A stretch of 24,456 nucleotides of DNA, taken from contig CAYGSQ010000002.1 of the NCBI GenBank assembly GCA_964352435.1, positions 2,052-26,507 on the forward strand, read 5' to 3'. The stretch's first letter is position 1; each line of letters starts with the position of its first letter. Shown piece after piece: positions 1-8,928 of the stretch. This DNA comes from an uncultured Gammaproteobacteria bacterium (lineage in GTDB: Bacteria; Pseudomonadota; Gammaproteobacteria; Steroidobacterales; JBCCMA01). The notes beneath the pieces were generated by a model that saw only the letters and a program-made list of their open reading frames with translations, was not told the DNA's origin and ran no database searches. Position numbers and translations under genes: made by a program.

Positions 1-2
1 CG

Positions 3-134
3 ACGTACTTTCCCGAAGCGAATGTCCTGATTCCGGCCGATCATTTTGATCGCGCCAGTTCCACGCCGGGATACAAGTCCGTACCCGTTCGGGTGCTTTC
101 AGTTGACCTGCGTGAACATCCGCAATTCGAATGA
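3..134 (+). CDS. 3' end (partial) of an FdhF/YdeP-family molybdopterin oxidoreductase
   Basis: Not in the ORF track. Frame 3 is open from the window edge: TYFPEANVLIPADHFDRASSTPGYKSVPVRVLSVDLREHPQFE*, with TGA at 132-134. YFPEANVL...TPxxKSVPVR matches the C-terminal motif I recognise in FdhF/YdeP-family proteins. Confidence 0.75.
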   Translation, partial: TYFPEANVLIPADHFDRASSTPGYKSVPVRVLSVDLREHPQFE

Positions 135-203
135 CGCGCGGATCCAGTACTCATTGCGTCGCCCGTGCCCATCCCACACCCATGAAGTTGAGAATGCGCA
201 ATC

Positions 204-1049
204 GTGCTTAGTTATCGTCACGCCTACCATGCGGGCAATCATGCCGACGTGCTCAAGCACATCGTGCAAATAGAAATACTGTCCTATCTGCTGCGCTCCG
301 AAAAACCACTGATGTATATCGACACCCATGCCGGTGCCGGTCGCTACAATCTTGCGCAGGCGCCGTCCGCGACACAGGGCGAGTTTACGGATGGCGTCGG
401 TCGGTTGTGGGCTAGCCCATCGCTCCCTGAACCGGTGCAGCGATATAGAGACCTGGTGCGCACGTTTAATGCTGCGGGTCAGCTGACTTGCTACCCCGGT
501 TCTCCGGCAATCGCGCAAGCGCTTTTGCGCGAGGTGGATCGGATGGCGCTTTACGAACTGCACTCCACTGATTTTCGGTCGCTTGCGGAACTTGAAAAAG
601 GACCGGGTGCGCGCTGCCGTGTACACAAGGAAGACGGTTTCGCCGGGCTAAAAAGTTTGCTGCCGCCGGCAACGCGGCGGGCGATGGTCATGATTGATCC
701 AAGCTATGAGCTTGGCAGCGACTACAAGCAGGTCGTCAATGCACTGCGCGATGCGCGCCGCCGCTTCGCGAATGGCGTCTATGTCATTTGGTATCCGCGC
801 CTGGTCAAACATGACGCCGACCGTTTGCCCTCGCGATTGCAGGCCGCCGCGGGTGAGCGCTGGCTGGACGTGCGTCTGAACGTACGCGCGCGTGGTGACA
901 AAACGTCCGGTTTGTTCGGTAGTGGCATGTTCGTGATTAATCCGCCCTATACGTTGCCCCAGGCACTCGAAGCCACGATGCCCTACCTCGCGGAGCAGCT
1001 GGCCTTCGATGCGCACGCGCGCTACACCCTCGATTTTCGGATCCCGTGA
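204..1049 (+). CDS. rlmJ: 23S rRNA (adenine(2030)-N6)-methyltransferase RlmJ
   Basis: Diagnostic N-terminus MLSYRHAYHAGNHADVLKH, then YIDTHAGAG, YPGSP, IDPSYE and GSGMFVINPP motifs; 281 aa; GTG start. Confidence 0.97.
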   Translation: MLSYRHAYHAGNHADVLKHIVQIEILSYLLRSEKPLMYIDTHAGAGRYNLAQAPSATQGEFTDGVGRLWASPSLPEPVQRYRDLVRTFNAAGQLTCYPGSPAIAQALLREVDRMALYELHSTDFRSLAELEKGPGARCRVHKEDGFAGLKSLLPPATRRAMVMIDPSYELGSDYKQVVNALRDARRRFANGVYVIWYPRLVKHDADRLPSRLQAAAGERWLDVRLNVRARGDKTSGLFGSGMFVINPPYTLPQALEATMPYLAEQLAFDAHARYTLDFRIP

Positions 1050-1171
1050 CGCTGTGCCCGTATTTGGCGTGAATTGCGCAACGCAGTAGACTCCGTTGAT
1101 CGCCCGGTTTGAGTTTTCGCTTTCAGTAACCTAACCCCTAACCCGACCGCCCAACCCACACAAGGCCGAAC

Positions 1172-2050
1172 ATGATGGATGACAAGACGAACTACGAACC
1201 GCCCAAGGTTTGGCAATGGCAAAAAGAAAGCGGCGGGAACTGGGCGAGCATTAATCGTCCAATTGCCGGTCCGACGCACGACAAGGCGCTGCCCGTCGGC
1301 GTGCATCCGCTGCAGCTCTACTCCCTCGCAACACCCAACGGCATTAAGGTCACGGTAATGTTGGAGGAGTTACTGGCGCTTGGTATTGATGGCGCGCAAT
1401 ACGATGCGCACCTGATCAAGATTGGTGACGGCGACCAGTTTGGCAGTGGCTTTGTGGACGTCAATCCCAACTCAAAAATTCCCGCCATGATGGATCACAG
1501 CACGACACCGCCGACACGGGTCTTTGAGTCCGGCTCAATATTGCTCTATCTGGCCGAGAAGTTTGGCGTGCTTTTGCCCGCGGACGCCGCAGCGCGCGCC
1601 GAGTGTCTGAGCTGGCTTTTCTGGCAGATGGGCAGCGCGCCGTATTTGGGCGGTGGCTTCGGCCACTTTTACCAGTACGCGCCGGTCAAGCTCGAGTACC
1701 CCATTGATCGATTTTCGATGGAAGTGAAGCGCCAGCTGGACGTGCTGGAGCGGCATTTGGCCGCGAACGCTTATCTGGGCGGGGATGAATATTCGATTGC
1801 CGATATGGCCGTGTGGCCGTGGTACGGCGCACTTGCGCTGGGGCGGCTTTATGATGCAGCCGAATTTCTCGACACGGCGTCGTACAAACATCTCAACCGC
1901 TGGGCCAGCAGTATCGACGCGCGTCCGGCGGTGGTCCGTGGCCGTATGGTCAATCGCACCTGGGGTGAGCCGCATGAACAGCTGCACGAGCGTCACGACG
2001 CCAGTGATTTCGATTTGCGCACACAGGACAAGCTCGACGCGGCAACCTGA
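1172..2050 (+). CDS. yghU: Glutathione-dependent disulfide-bond oxidoreductase (GST family, YghU)
   Basis: YEPPKVWQW, INRPIAG, LQLYSLATPNGIKVT, VNPNSKIPA, FESGSILLYLAEKFG, GGGFGHFY and LHERHDASDF are YghU motifs; 292 aa. Confidence 0.95.
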   Translation: MMDDKTNYEPPKVWQWQKESGGNWASINRPIAGPTHDKALPVGVHPLQLYSLATPNGIKVTVMLEELLALGIDGAQYDAHLIKIGDGDQFGSGFVDVNPNSKIPAMMDHSTTPPTRVFESGSILLYLAEKFGVLLPADAAARAECLSWLFWQMGSAPYLGGGFGHFYQYAPVKLEYPIDRFSMEVKRQLDVLERHLAANAYLGGDEYSIADMAVWPWYGALALGRLYDAAEFLDTASYKHLNRWASSIDARPAVVRGRMVNRTWGEPHEQLHERHDASDFDLRTQDKLDAAT

Positions 2051-2129
2051 TCTTCCGCGCAATCGACTCATTGCGTAATTGGTGAACCCGTCACATGACA
2101 GCGTCGTGCGCAATAGATAGACTCCGCGC

Positions 2130-4094
2130 GTGAAATACCGTAGCGATATCGACGGGTTGCGTGCGCTGGCCGTGCTGTCCGTCATTGTGTTCCATATATC
2201 CGAGGCACTGCTGCCCGGCGGGTTTGTGGGCGTCGACATATTTTTCGTGCTGTCTGGCTACCTGATCACGCTGCATATCGTCAGCGAAATCGATGCCCGG
2301 CGTTTTTCTCTCGCCGAATTTTATCGCCGCCGCATCAAGCGCATTGCGCCCGCGATGTTGGTCGTACTTGGCGTCACGTTCGTACTGGCCCAATTCCTGA
2401 TGCTTCCCGAAGACGCCGAACGTGTCGCGGAGAGCAGTTTGTGGTCGCTGCTGTCGTTGGCCAACGTCTATTTCTGGCTTTTTCAGGACACCAGCTACTT
2501 CGCCGCCTCAAGCAGCGAATTGCCGCTTCTGCACCTGTGGTCACTGGGTGTCGAAGAACAGTTTTACGTGTTTTGGCCATTAATTTTGATGGTGGCGTAT
2601 TCGGCAACCCGCCGCGTAGGTTTTGGCATCGCCGCGGCAACGGTAGCGGTCGCCTCGTTCGCGTTTGGTCAATGGTATTTCACCGCTGACCCGTCGTTCG
2701 TTTACTACATGCTGCCAACCCGCGCGGGCGAGTTGATGACCGGGGCGCTGCTTGCGCATTACGTCAACGCGGCGGGAGACGAGGGTCCGCCCGCGTGGGT
2801 GGCGAATCTGGCGGCCGTGACGGGATTGGTGTTGGTGCTTGGTTCACTGGTGTGGGTGTCGCAAACGCGCGTCTTCCCCGGCTTTCAGGCGGTGCCACCG
2901 ACGCTGGGTACGGCGCTTCTGTTGCTGGCCGGTCAATACGGTCAGTCGCCGATCACGCGGTTTTTCCAGCTTAAGCCACTCGTGTGGATCGGCCTGATTT
3001 CCTATTCCGCCTATTTGATCCACTGGCCTATCCTGGCGTTCCTCCGCTACGGTGGCGTGCCGATTACGCTGCTTGTGGGCGTTGCTGTTTTGGTGGCAAC
3101 GCTGGCTCTGGCGTGGCTCAACTATCGCTATGTCGAACAACCGCTGAGGCGTACGCGGCGAAGTCTCTGGCAGGTATTTGTGCTTCAATTTGCCGTGCCG
3201 GTCGGTGTGCTGGGCGTGCTGGCGTTGGCGGCGAGGAAGCTCGACGGTTACGGCGTGAGGCCTTATATGGGCGACTACGCAGCGTCGCTCGACGCCGTGC
3301 GCATGAGTATGCAGGCACCTTACGCCAACCCGAATATTTGTCAGTCGCCTGTCGTCACGCCGGACGATCTCAACAACGAACAGTGTGTGCTTGGGGCCCG
3401 TGTGGACGGCCAGCCGGTTCGTGCCCTGTTAGTCGGTGACTCCATTGCCGCCCAGTATGTGGGCATGCTTGGTCAATTTGCCGATGCGTCCGGTTTTTCG
3501 TTCCGCAACGTCGCGGCGAGTGCCTGCCCACTAATATATGCGGACCCGGCCCCGTTTGTGACCGCGCGACGCGTGAGCGATTGTCGTGAGTCCCTGTCTG
3601 TACTGCGCCCTGTTCTGGACGACTACGATGTGCTGATCATAGGTTCCGCGTGGGCCTATTATCACTCCGAATCACAGACGTTCTATCCCACGTTTTTCGA
3701 GTCTGTTGAGACCTGGCTTGCCAGCGGTAAAAAACTGATTTTATTGGGCAAACCGACGCTTATCCCCGGCTACGATCGCCGTTGCCGCCAAAAGGCGCTG
3801 AGCATGCCGTTTGTAAACTGCGATTTGAGCGACGTGCCGATGGATCCGGACGTCAAGCGCGGCAACGAACGCATCCGTGATTTTGCGGCCAGCACCGCGG
3901 GCGTCAGTTTCTACAACCCCAACGAGTATCTGTGCCCCAACGACCAGTGCCGGGTCGCGGACGATCAGGGCGAACCACTGTTCTTCGATTACGGCCATTT
4001 GTCGGTTCCGGGATCGGAGTGGCTTGGGCAGCGGATTTTGGAGCGCGACGGCGTGCCGGCCGTGTTTGACGCACTTGGCAATCCGCGCCAATAA
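2130..4094 (+). CDS. Acyltransferase-3 + SGNH fusion (OafA/OatA-like glycan O-acetyltransferase)
   Basis: MKYRSDIDGLRALAV, GGFVGVDIFFVLSGYLIT, RRRIKRIAP and LHLWSLGVEEQFY, then about 10 hydrophobic segments. C-terminal SGNH domain with GDS (VGDSIA) and DxxH (DYGHLS). Confidence 0.92.
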   Translation: MKYRSDIDGLRALAVLSVIVFHISEALLPGGFVGVDIFFVLSGYLITLHIVSEIDARRFSLAEFYRRRIKRIAPAMLVVLGVTFVLAQFLMLPEDAERVAESSLWSLLSLANVYFWLFQDTSYFAASSSELPLLHLWSLGVEEQFYVFWPLILMVAYSATRRVGFGIAAATVAVASFAFGQWYFTADPSFVYYMLPTRAGELMTGALLAHYVNAAGDEGPPAWVANLAAVTGLVLVLGSLVWVSQTRVFPGFQAVPPTLGTALLLLAGQYGQSPITRFFQLKPLVWIGLISYSAYLIHWPILAFLRYGGVPITLLVGVAVLVATLALAWLNYRYVEQPLRRTRRSLWQVFVLQFAVPVGVLGVLALAARKLDGYGVRPYMGDYAASLDAVRMSMQAPYANPNICQSPVVTPDDLNNEQCVLGARVDGQPVRALLVGDSIAAQYVGMLGQFADASGFSFRNVAASACPLIYADPAPFVTARRVSDCRESLSVLRPVLDDYDVLIIGSAWAYYHSESQTFYPTFFESVETWLASGKKLILLGKPTLIPGYDRRCRQKALSMPFVNCDLSDVPMDPDVKRGNERIRDFAASTAGVSFYNPNEYLCPNDQCRVADDQGEPLFFDYGHLSVPGSEWLGQRILERDGVPAVFDALGNPRQ

Positions 4095-4324
4095 TCCGTC
4101 AATGTCTTGAAACTGTGCAATTTTCGAGCAATTCTGCACGGACTGGGTCTATAAGTGACGCGTAATTAACCAGTTGCCGAATTGTGGCCATCCGAGACCG
4201 GGACTGGTTCACAGAATTGGTGATTGAACATATACAACGCGTCATCCGTTCACTAATATTGCAGCAATATCAACAAACTTCGATCCGGCGGCCGCTCACG
4301 CGTGCCCGTTGGCGCACGAATTCT

Positions 4325-5185
4325 ATGCCAACACTCTCCGTCGGAATGCCTGTCTACAATGGCGAGCGGTATCTGGAATCTGCAATCCAGTCCGTTCTCG
4401 ACCAGACGTATGACGACTTCGAGCTCATCATTGCAGACAATGCATCGACCGATCGTTCGGCCGACATTTGTCGCGATTTCGCCGCGCAGGACGCGCGCAT
4501 TCGCTACTTGCGCAATGAGCAAAATATCGGCGCGGCGGCCAACTACAATCTGTTGTTTCAAGAGGCCCAGTGTGAGTTTTTCCGCTGGAACAACTCGGAC
4601 GATCTGCTTGAGCCGACCTTGCACGAAAAGTGCTACCGCGCACTGCGGGACAACCCCGATGCGGTGCTGGCGGCCGGGACCACCGTATTGATCAATGACG
4701 ACGGCGCCAAAATGGATAACTACGTGGACGATCTGCACATCGTCAACGAACGTCCCAGTACGCGCTTCCGCGAATTTTTTGACCGTGTCGGCCTGACCAA
4801 TGTGATCTATGGCCTGATGCGCAAGACGCCGCTTGGCAAGACCGAGCTGATGGGTGATGGATCGATACCGACTGCCGACATTGTATTCATGGCTCACCTG
4901 GTGCTGCAGGGCAAATTTATCGTACTCGACGAGCCGCTATTTTACCGCCGTATGCACGAGCAAAGCAGCAGCGCCGACCGCGACGATATGGATAAACAGG
5001 CATCGTTCTGGAACGCCGGCACGGCGAGCCTTGGGCGGGCTGGCTGGAAACGGATCCGGGCCTATCGTCGCGCCGTCGCCAATACTTCATTGCCGACGGC
5101 GGAATCTGTGGCCCTGTACAAGATTTTGGTCAGGATGCTGTGGGATAACCGACTCAAGCTCAGCGCGGAACTGATTCGCGGCTAA
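4325..5185 (+). CDS. Glycosyltransferase family 2
   Basis: LSVGMPVYNGERYL, DFELIIADNASTDRS, NIGAAANYN and WNNSDD (DxD-like) motifs. Start moved from 4184 to ATG 4325, where the GT2 fold begins; the extra 47 codons run through AT-richer intergenic DNA. Confidence 0.9.
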   Translation: MPTLSVGMPVYNGERYLESAIQSVLDQTYDDFELIIADNASTDRSADICRDFAAQDARIRYLRNEQNIGAAANYNLLFQEAQCEFFRWNNSDDLLEPTLHEKCYRALRDNPDAVLAAGTTVLINDDGAKMDNYVDDLHIVNERPSTRFREFFDRVGLTNVIYGLMRKTPLGKTELMGDGSIPTADIVFMAHLVLQGKFIVLDEPLFYRRMHEQSSSADRDDMDKQASFWNAGTASLGRAGWKRIRAYRRAVANTSLPTAESVALYKILVRMLWDNRLKLSAELIRG

Positions 5186-5216
5186 ACCTTTTTTTCGATT
5201 TGATGGAGACACCCCT

Positions 5217-6239
5217 ATGCGAGTTCTGGTAACTGGCCACAAAGGCTACATTGGTACGGTCATGGTACCGATGCTGCAAGCACGCGGCCATTCCGTCATT
5301 GGTATTGACAGCGATCTGTATCGCAACAGCACCTACGGTACACCACCGGAGCCTGTGGATGAGATCATCAAGGATGTGCGCGACATTGAAAAGTCGGACC
5401 TTGAAGGCGTCGAAGCGGTGGTCAGTCTGGCGGCGCTATCCAACGACATGCTGGGTGACTTCAATCCTGAACTGACCTACCAGATCAACCATCAGGCATC
5501 TGTGCGTCTGGCTGAACTTGCCATCGAACTTGGCATTCGTCGCTATGTGTTCGCATCGTCGTGCAGCATGTACGGCGCCGCTGGCGACAAAGTTCTGGAC
5601 GAGAGTGCCGATTTTCACCCCGTGACGGCTTACGCAACGTCGAAAGTGTGGGTGGAACGTGACGTAAGCCAAATGGCCACCGATGATTTCAGCCCGACGT
5701 TCATGCGTAATTCGACGGCGTATGGCGTGTCGCCACGCATTCGCTTTGACGTGGTCCTCAACAATCTGTCGGCCTGGGCGTATACGACAGGCAAAGTGCG
5801 GATGAAGAGCGACGGTTCGCCGTGGCGGCCGCTGGTGCACATTGAGGACATTTCACGCGGTGTGATCGCGGCGCTGGAATCGCCACGTGAAAAGGTGCAC
5901 AACGAGGCCTTTAACGTCGGCCGCAACAGCGAAAACTATCAGGTCAAAGAGCTGGCCGAGTTTGTGCGTCAGACGATCCCCAATTGCGATATCAGTTTTG
6001 CCGGTGATGCCAGTCCCGACCTGCGCAACTACCGCGTTAACTTCGATAAGTTCGCTAACACCTTCCCCGACTTCCCGCTGCAGTGGAGTGCGCTGGAAGG
6101 GGCAAAGTCGATCTACGAGTCGTACGCCAAATTTGGCCTCGACAAGGATGATTACGAGGGACCCAAGTACAAGCGTATCGCGCAGCTCAAAAACCTGATC
6201 GAAACAGGCCAGCTTGACGACACCATGCGCTGGACCTGA
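5217..6239 (+). CDS. NAD-dependent epimerase/dehydratase family (extended SDR) nucleotide-sugar enzyme
   Basis: Rossmann motif VLVTGHKGYIG, ASSCSMYG, catalytic YATSK (Y139/K143), RNSTAYG and WRPLVHIED; GGAG RBS upstream. Confidence 0.92.
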   Translation: MRVLVTGHKGYIGTVMVPMLQARGHSVIGIDSDLYRNSTYGTPPEPVDEIIKDVRDIEKSDLEGVEAVVSLAALSNDMLGDFNPELTYQINHQASVRLAELAIELGIRRYVFASSCSMYGAAGDKVLDESADFHPVTAYATSKVWVERDVSQMATDDFSPTFMRNSTAYGVSPRIRFDVVLNNLSAWAYTTGKVRMKSDGSPWRPLVHIEDISRGVIAALESPREKVHNEAFNVGRNSENYQVKELAEFVRQTIPNCDISFAGDASPDLRNYRVNFDKFANTFPDFPLQWSALEGAKSIYESYAKFGLDKDDYEGPKYKRIAQLKNLIETGQLDDTMRWT

Positions 6240-6241
6240 TC

Positions 6242-6787
6242 GTGGAATTCAAACCCACGGATATCGACGGTGCGTATTTGATCGTGCCCAAAAAAATCGG
6301 CGATGAGCGTGGATTTTTTGCGCGCGCCTGGTGCGAAAACGAGTTTCGTGAAGCTGGCCTGAACCCGACAGTCGTCCAGAGCAATATGGCAGTCAGCAAG
6401 TACAAAGGCACGCTGCGTGGTTTGCACTACCAACGTGCGCCACATCAGGAAGTGAAAATTGTGCGCTGTGTGCGCGGTGCGATGTTTGATGTCATCGTTG
6501 ATGTGCGGCCGGATTCCCCCACGTTTCGCAAGTGGGTTGGGTTTGAGCTAAACACCGACAATCATCATGCTTTGGTGGTGCCTGAGGGCTGTGCCACCGG
6601 CTACATGACTTTGTGTGATGATACCGAAATGTACTATCACACGACGGCCGCGTTCGCGCCCGATGCAGCGACGGGCGTGCGCTATGATGACCCGGCGTTT
6701 GCTATTGAGTGGCCGCTAACGCCGACCGTTTTGTCCGATCAGGATCAAACCTGGCCGCATCTCGACGCCAACCAGGCGTCTTCCTAA
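6242..6787 (+). CDS. NDP-4-keto-sugar 3,5-epimerase (RmlC/RfbC-like cupin)
   Basis: DERGFFAR, GTLRGLHYQ, EVKIVRCVRGAMFDVIVDVRPDSPTF, ALVVPEGCATGYMTL and GVRYDDPAFAIEWP; starts 2 nt after the SDR stop. Confidence 0.92.
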   Translation: MEFKPTDIDGAYLIVPKKIGDERGFFARAWCENEFREAGLNPTVVQSNMAVSKYKGTLRGLHYQRAPHQEVKIVRCVRGAMFDVIVDVRPDSPTFRKWVGFELNTDNHHALVVPEGCATGYMTLCDDTEMYYHTTAAFAPDAATGVRYDDPAFAIEWPLTPTVLSDQDQTWPHLDANQASS

Positions 6788-6810
6788 TATTGTTCTAGAG
6801 GTCACATGTC

Positions 6811-8091
6811 ATGTTGATTGTCGATACCGCTCTTAAGAAACGCGCCGCTGCCAACAATCCGATTCGCGTTGGTTTGGTCGGTGCCGGTTACAGCGGGCGT
6901 AAAATTGCCTATCAAATTACCGACGGAATTGACGGCATGGAGGTTGTGGCTATTTGCAACCGTACGGTCGACAACGCGCGTGAAGCGTATGCCTATGCGG
7001 GCATTGATGACGTCAAGGTCGTGACTAGTGCCGCCGACGTCGATCGCTGTATTGCTGCGGGCAAAGCGGCTATCACCGACGATTTCCACGCACTCACCGA
7101 GTCCGAGCAAATTGAGGTTATCGTTGATGCCACGGGTATCGTGACCTACGGCGCCGAAGTCGGCGATTCAGCCATCGAGCACGGTAAACACCTGGTGCTC
7201 ATGAACGTTGAGATGGACGCAACGGTTGGCGCTATCCTGAGCGCCAAGGCGCGTGCCAAAGGCGTAACCTATTCAAACAGCGATGGCGACGAACCTGGCG
7301 TTGCAATGAACATGATCCGCTTTGTTAAGTCGATTGGTCTAAAGCCCGTGGTCGCGGGCAATCTCAAAGGACTGTACGACCCATATCGCAACCCGGAAAC
7401 GCAGCAGGCGTTCGCCGCGGCCAACAATCAGAAACCCGCGACAATGGCGCACTTCGCAGACGGCACCAAGCTGTCGATGGAGCTTACCGTGCTGGCAAAC
7501 GGTGCCGGTTTCGGTGTAGCCAAGCGCGGTATGTATGGTCCCTCGCTGGAGCATGTCAACGACGGCCCGGCGTACTACCTCGACAAACTGATCGATGGCG
7601 GCATGGTCGACTTTACCGTCGGTGCCGCGCCGTCCAACGGTGCGTTTGTGCTGGGCTACAGCGAAGATGCTATGCGCGCAGACTTCCTTAAATATCTTAA
7701 AATGGGTGAGGGGCCACTTTATTGCTTCTACACGCCATTTCATTTGCCGCAACTTGAAATACCCAACACCATTGCGCGTGCTGTCCTGTTCGATGATGCG
7801 GCCGTGGCGCCAGGTGGCGCACCCACCTGCGACTCGATTGCCATCGCCAAGAAGGACCTGCAGCCAGGCGAATTGCTGGACGGCCTCGGTGGCTTCGGCG
7901 CCTACGCCCTGATCGACAACTACGCGACGAGCGTGGCCGATAACTGCCTGCCAATGGGCGTCTCGGAAGGCTGCACCATGGTGCGTGCAGTGGCGAAAGA
8001 TCAGCCAATCACCTACGCTGATGTGTCGGTGCCGGAAGGTCGGCATCTGGACAAGCTGCGCGCCGAGCAGAACAAGACGTTCGGCTTTTAG
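6811..8091 (+). CDS. NAD(P)-dependent oxidoreductase, homoserine-dehydrogenase-like, with C-terminal SAF domain (COG4091-like)
   Basis: IRVGLVGAGYSG Rossmann motif, KHLVLMNVEMDATVG, DGDEPG, DGTKLSME and FYTPFHL; SAF-like tail AIAKKDLQPGELLDGLGG...LPMGVSEGCTMVRAVAKDQPITYADV. Confidence 0.85.
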   Translation: MLIVDTALKKRAAANNPIRVGLVGAGYSGRKIAYQITDGIDGMEVVAICNRTVDNAREAYAYAGIDDVKVVTSAADVDRCIAAGKAAITDDFHALTESEQIEVIVDATGIVTYGAEVGDSAIEHGKHLVLMNVEMDATVGAILSAKARAKGVTYSNSDGDEPGVAMNMIRFVKSIGLKPVVAGNLKGLYDPYRNPETQQAFAAANNQKPATMAHFADGTKLSMELTVLANGAGFGVAKRGMYGPSLEHVNDGPAYYLDKLIDGGMVDFTVGAAPSNGAFVLGYSEDAMRADFLKYLKMGEGPLYCFYTPFHLPQLEIPNTIARAVLFDDAAVAPGGAPTCDSIAIAKKDLQPGELLDGLGGFGAYALIDNYATSVADNCLPMGVSEGCTMVRAVAKDQPITYADVSVPEGRHLDKLRAEQNKTFGF

Positions 8092-8125
8092 CTACAATCG
8101 CGACTATTGATCGATCGGATAAATC

Positions 8126-8917
8126 ATGAAAACTGTACTTTTTTGCGGCGGCTTCGGCACACGCTTGCGCGACTATTCAGACACGTTGCCCAAGCCGTTG
8201 GTCGAGGTGGGTAATCGTCCCATCATGTGGAACCTCATGAAGTATTACGCGTTTCATGGGCACAAGGATTTCGTCCTGTGTCTTGGATATCGCGGCGACT
8301 TGATCAAAAAGTTCTTTTTGACCTACGACGAGTGTCTGTCGACCGACTTTTCCCTGTCGCCGACGCAGGACCGGCGCAATCGCCGCGTTGAGTTGTTGGG
8401 GCCGGATATCTCCGATTGGAAAATTCTGTTCCGTGATACCGGCCTGCACAACAATATTGGCCAGCGTTTGATGGCCGTGCGCTCAGAGGTCGAAAACGAA
8501 GAAATGTTTTTGGCCAACTATTCCGATGCGCTGTGTGATCTGCCGATGAACGACATGATCAACAAATTTCGCGACAGCGACGCATTGGCCGCGTTCATTG
8601 CCGTACGCCCGTCCAACAGCTTGTCCAAGATCGAATATCAGGACGACGGCATCGTCACGGCCATCGACTATCTCAGTGACTCAGTGTTGATCAATGGTGG
8701 GTTCTTCGTGTTGCGGCCCGAAATTTTCAATTACATCGAACCCGGCGACGAGTTGGTTGAGCAGCCCTTTGCGCGGCTGATCAAGGAGCGCAAGCTGATG
8801 ACCTATCGCTACGACGGTTTTTGGCGCGCCATGGATACGTTCAAGGACAAGAAAAAGTTCGATGACATGTACGAGTCCGGCGAGCGCACCTGGGAAGTCT
8901 GGAATACGGACCAGTAG
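8126..8917 (+). CDS. Glucose-1-phosphate cytidylyltransferase family (RfbF-like)
   Basis: VLFCGGFGTRL, PKPLVEVGNRPIMW, DFVLCLGYRG, DTGLHNNIGQRL, INGGFFVL and GFWRAMDTFKDK; 263 aa. Confidence 0.88.
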   Translation: MKTVLFCGGFGTRLRDYSDTLPKPLVEVGNRPIMWNLMKYYAFHGHKDFVLCLGYRGDLIKKFFLTYDECLSTDFSLSPTQDRRNRRVELLGPDISDWKILFRDTGLHNNIGQRLMAVRSEVENEEMFLANYSDALCDLPMNDMINKFRDSDALAAFIAVRPSNSLSKIEYQDDGIVTAIDYLSDSVLINGGFFVLRPEIFNYIEPGDELVEQPFARLIKERKLMTYRYDGFWRAMDTFKDKKKFDDMYESGERTWEVWNTDQ

Positions 8918-8928
8918 CGGGCATTGCG

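Noticed and set aside
1127-1158. Telomere-like TAACC/AACCC short repeats before yghU (taacctaacccctaacccgaccgcccaaccc)
   Set aside because: Only three to four irregular copies; compatible with a low-complexity unstructured leader; no second occurrence as an array.
4184-4324. N-terminal extensions in the ORF track (GT2 4184, Sel1 20616, M48 22363, MIIA 23193, DUF6683-like 24122)
   Set aside because: Downstream starts fit better by RBS, signal peptide or domain boundary; the 22363 and 24122 extensions run through terminator hairpins.
4306-4324. Sigma-54-like TTGGCGCACGAATTCT before the GT2 gene
   Set aside because: The -12 element is TTCT rather than TTGC and it abuts the start codon, leaving no room for a transcript leader.
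6242-8917. Calling the cassette rmlC/rfbF of a standard rhamnose or dideoxyhexose O-antigen pathway
   Set aside because: RmlA/B/D and RfbG/H partners are absent and the SDR lacks dehydratase residues, so gene symbols were withheld.
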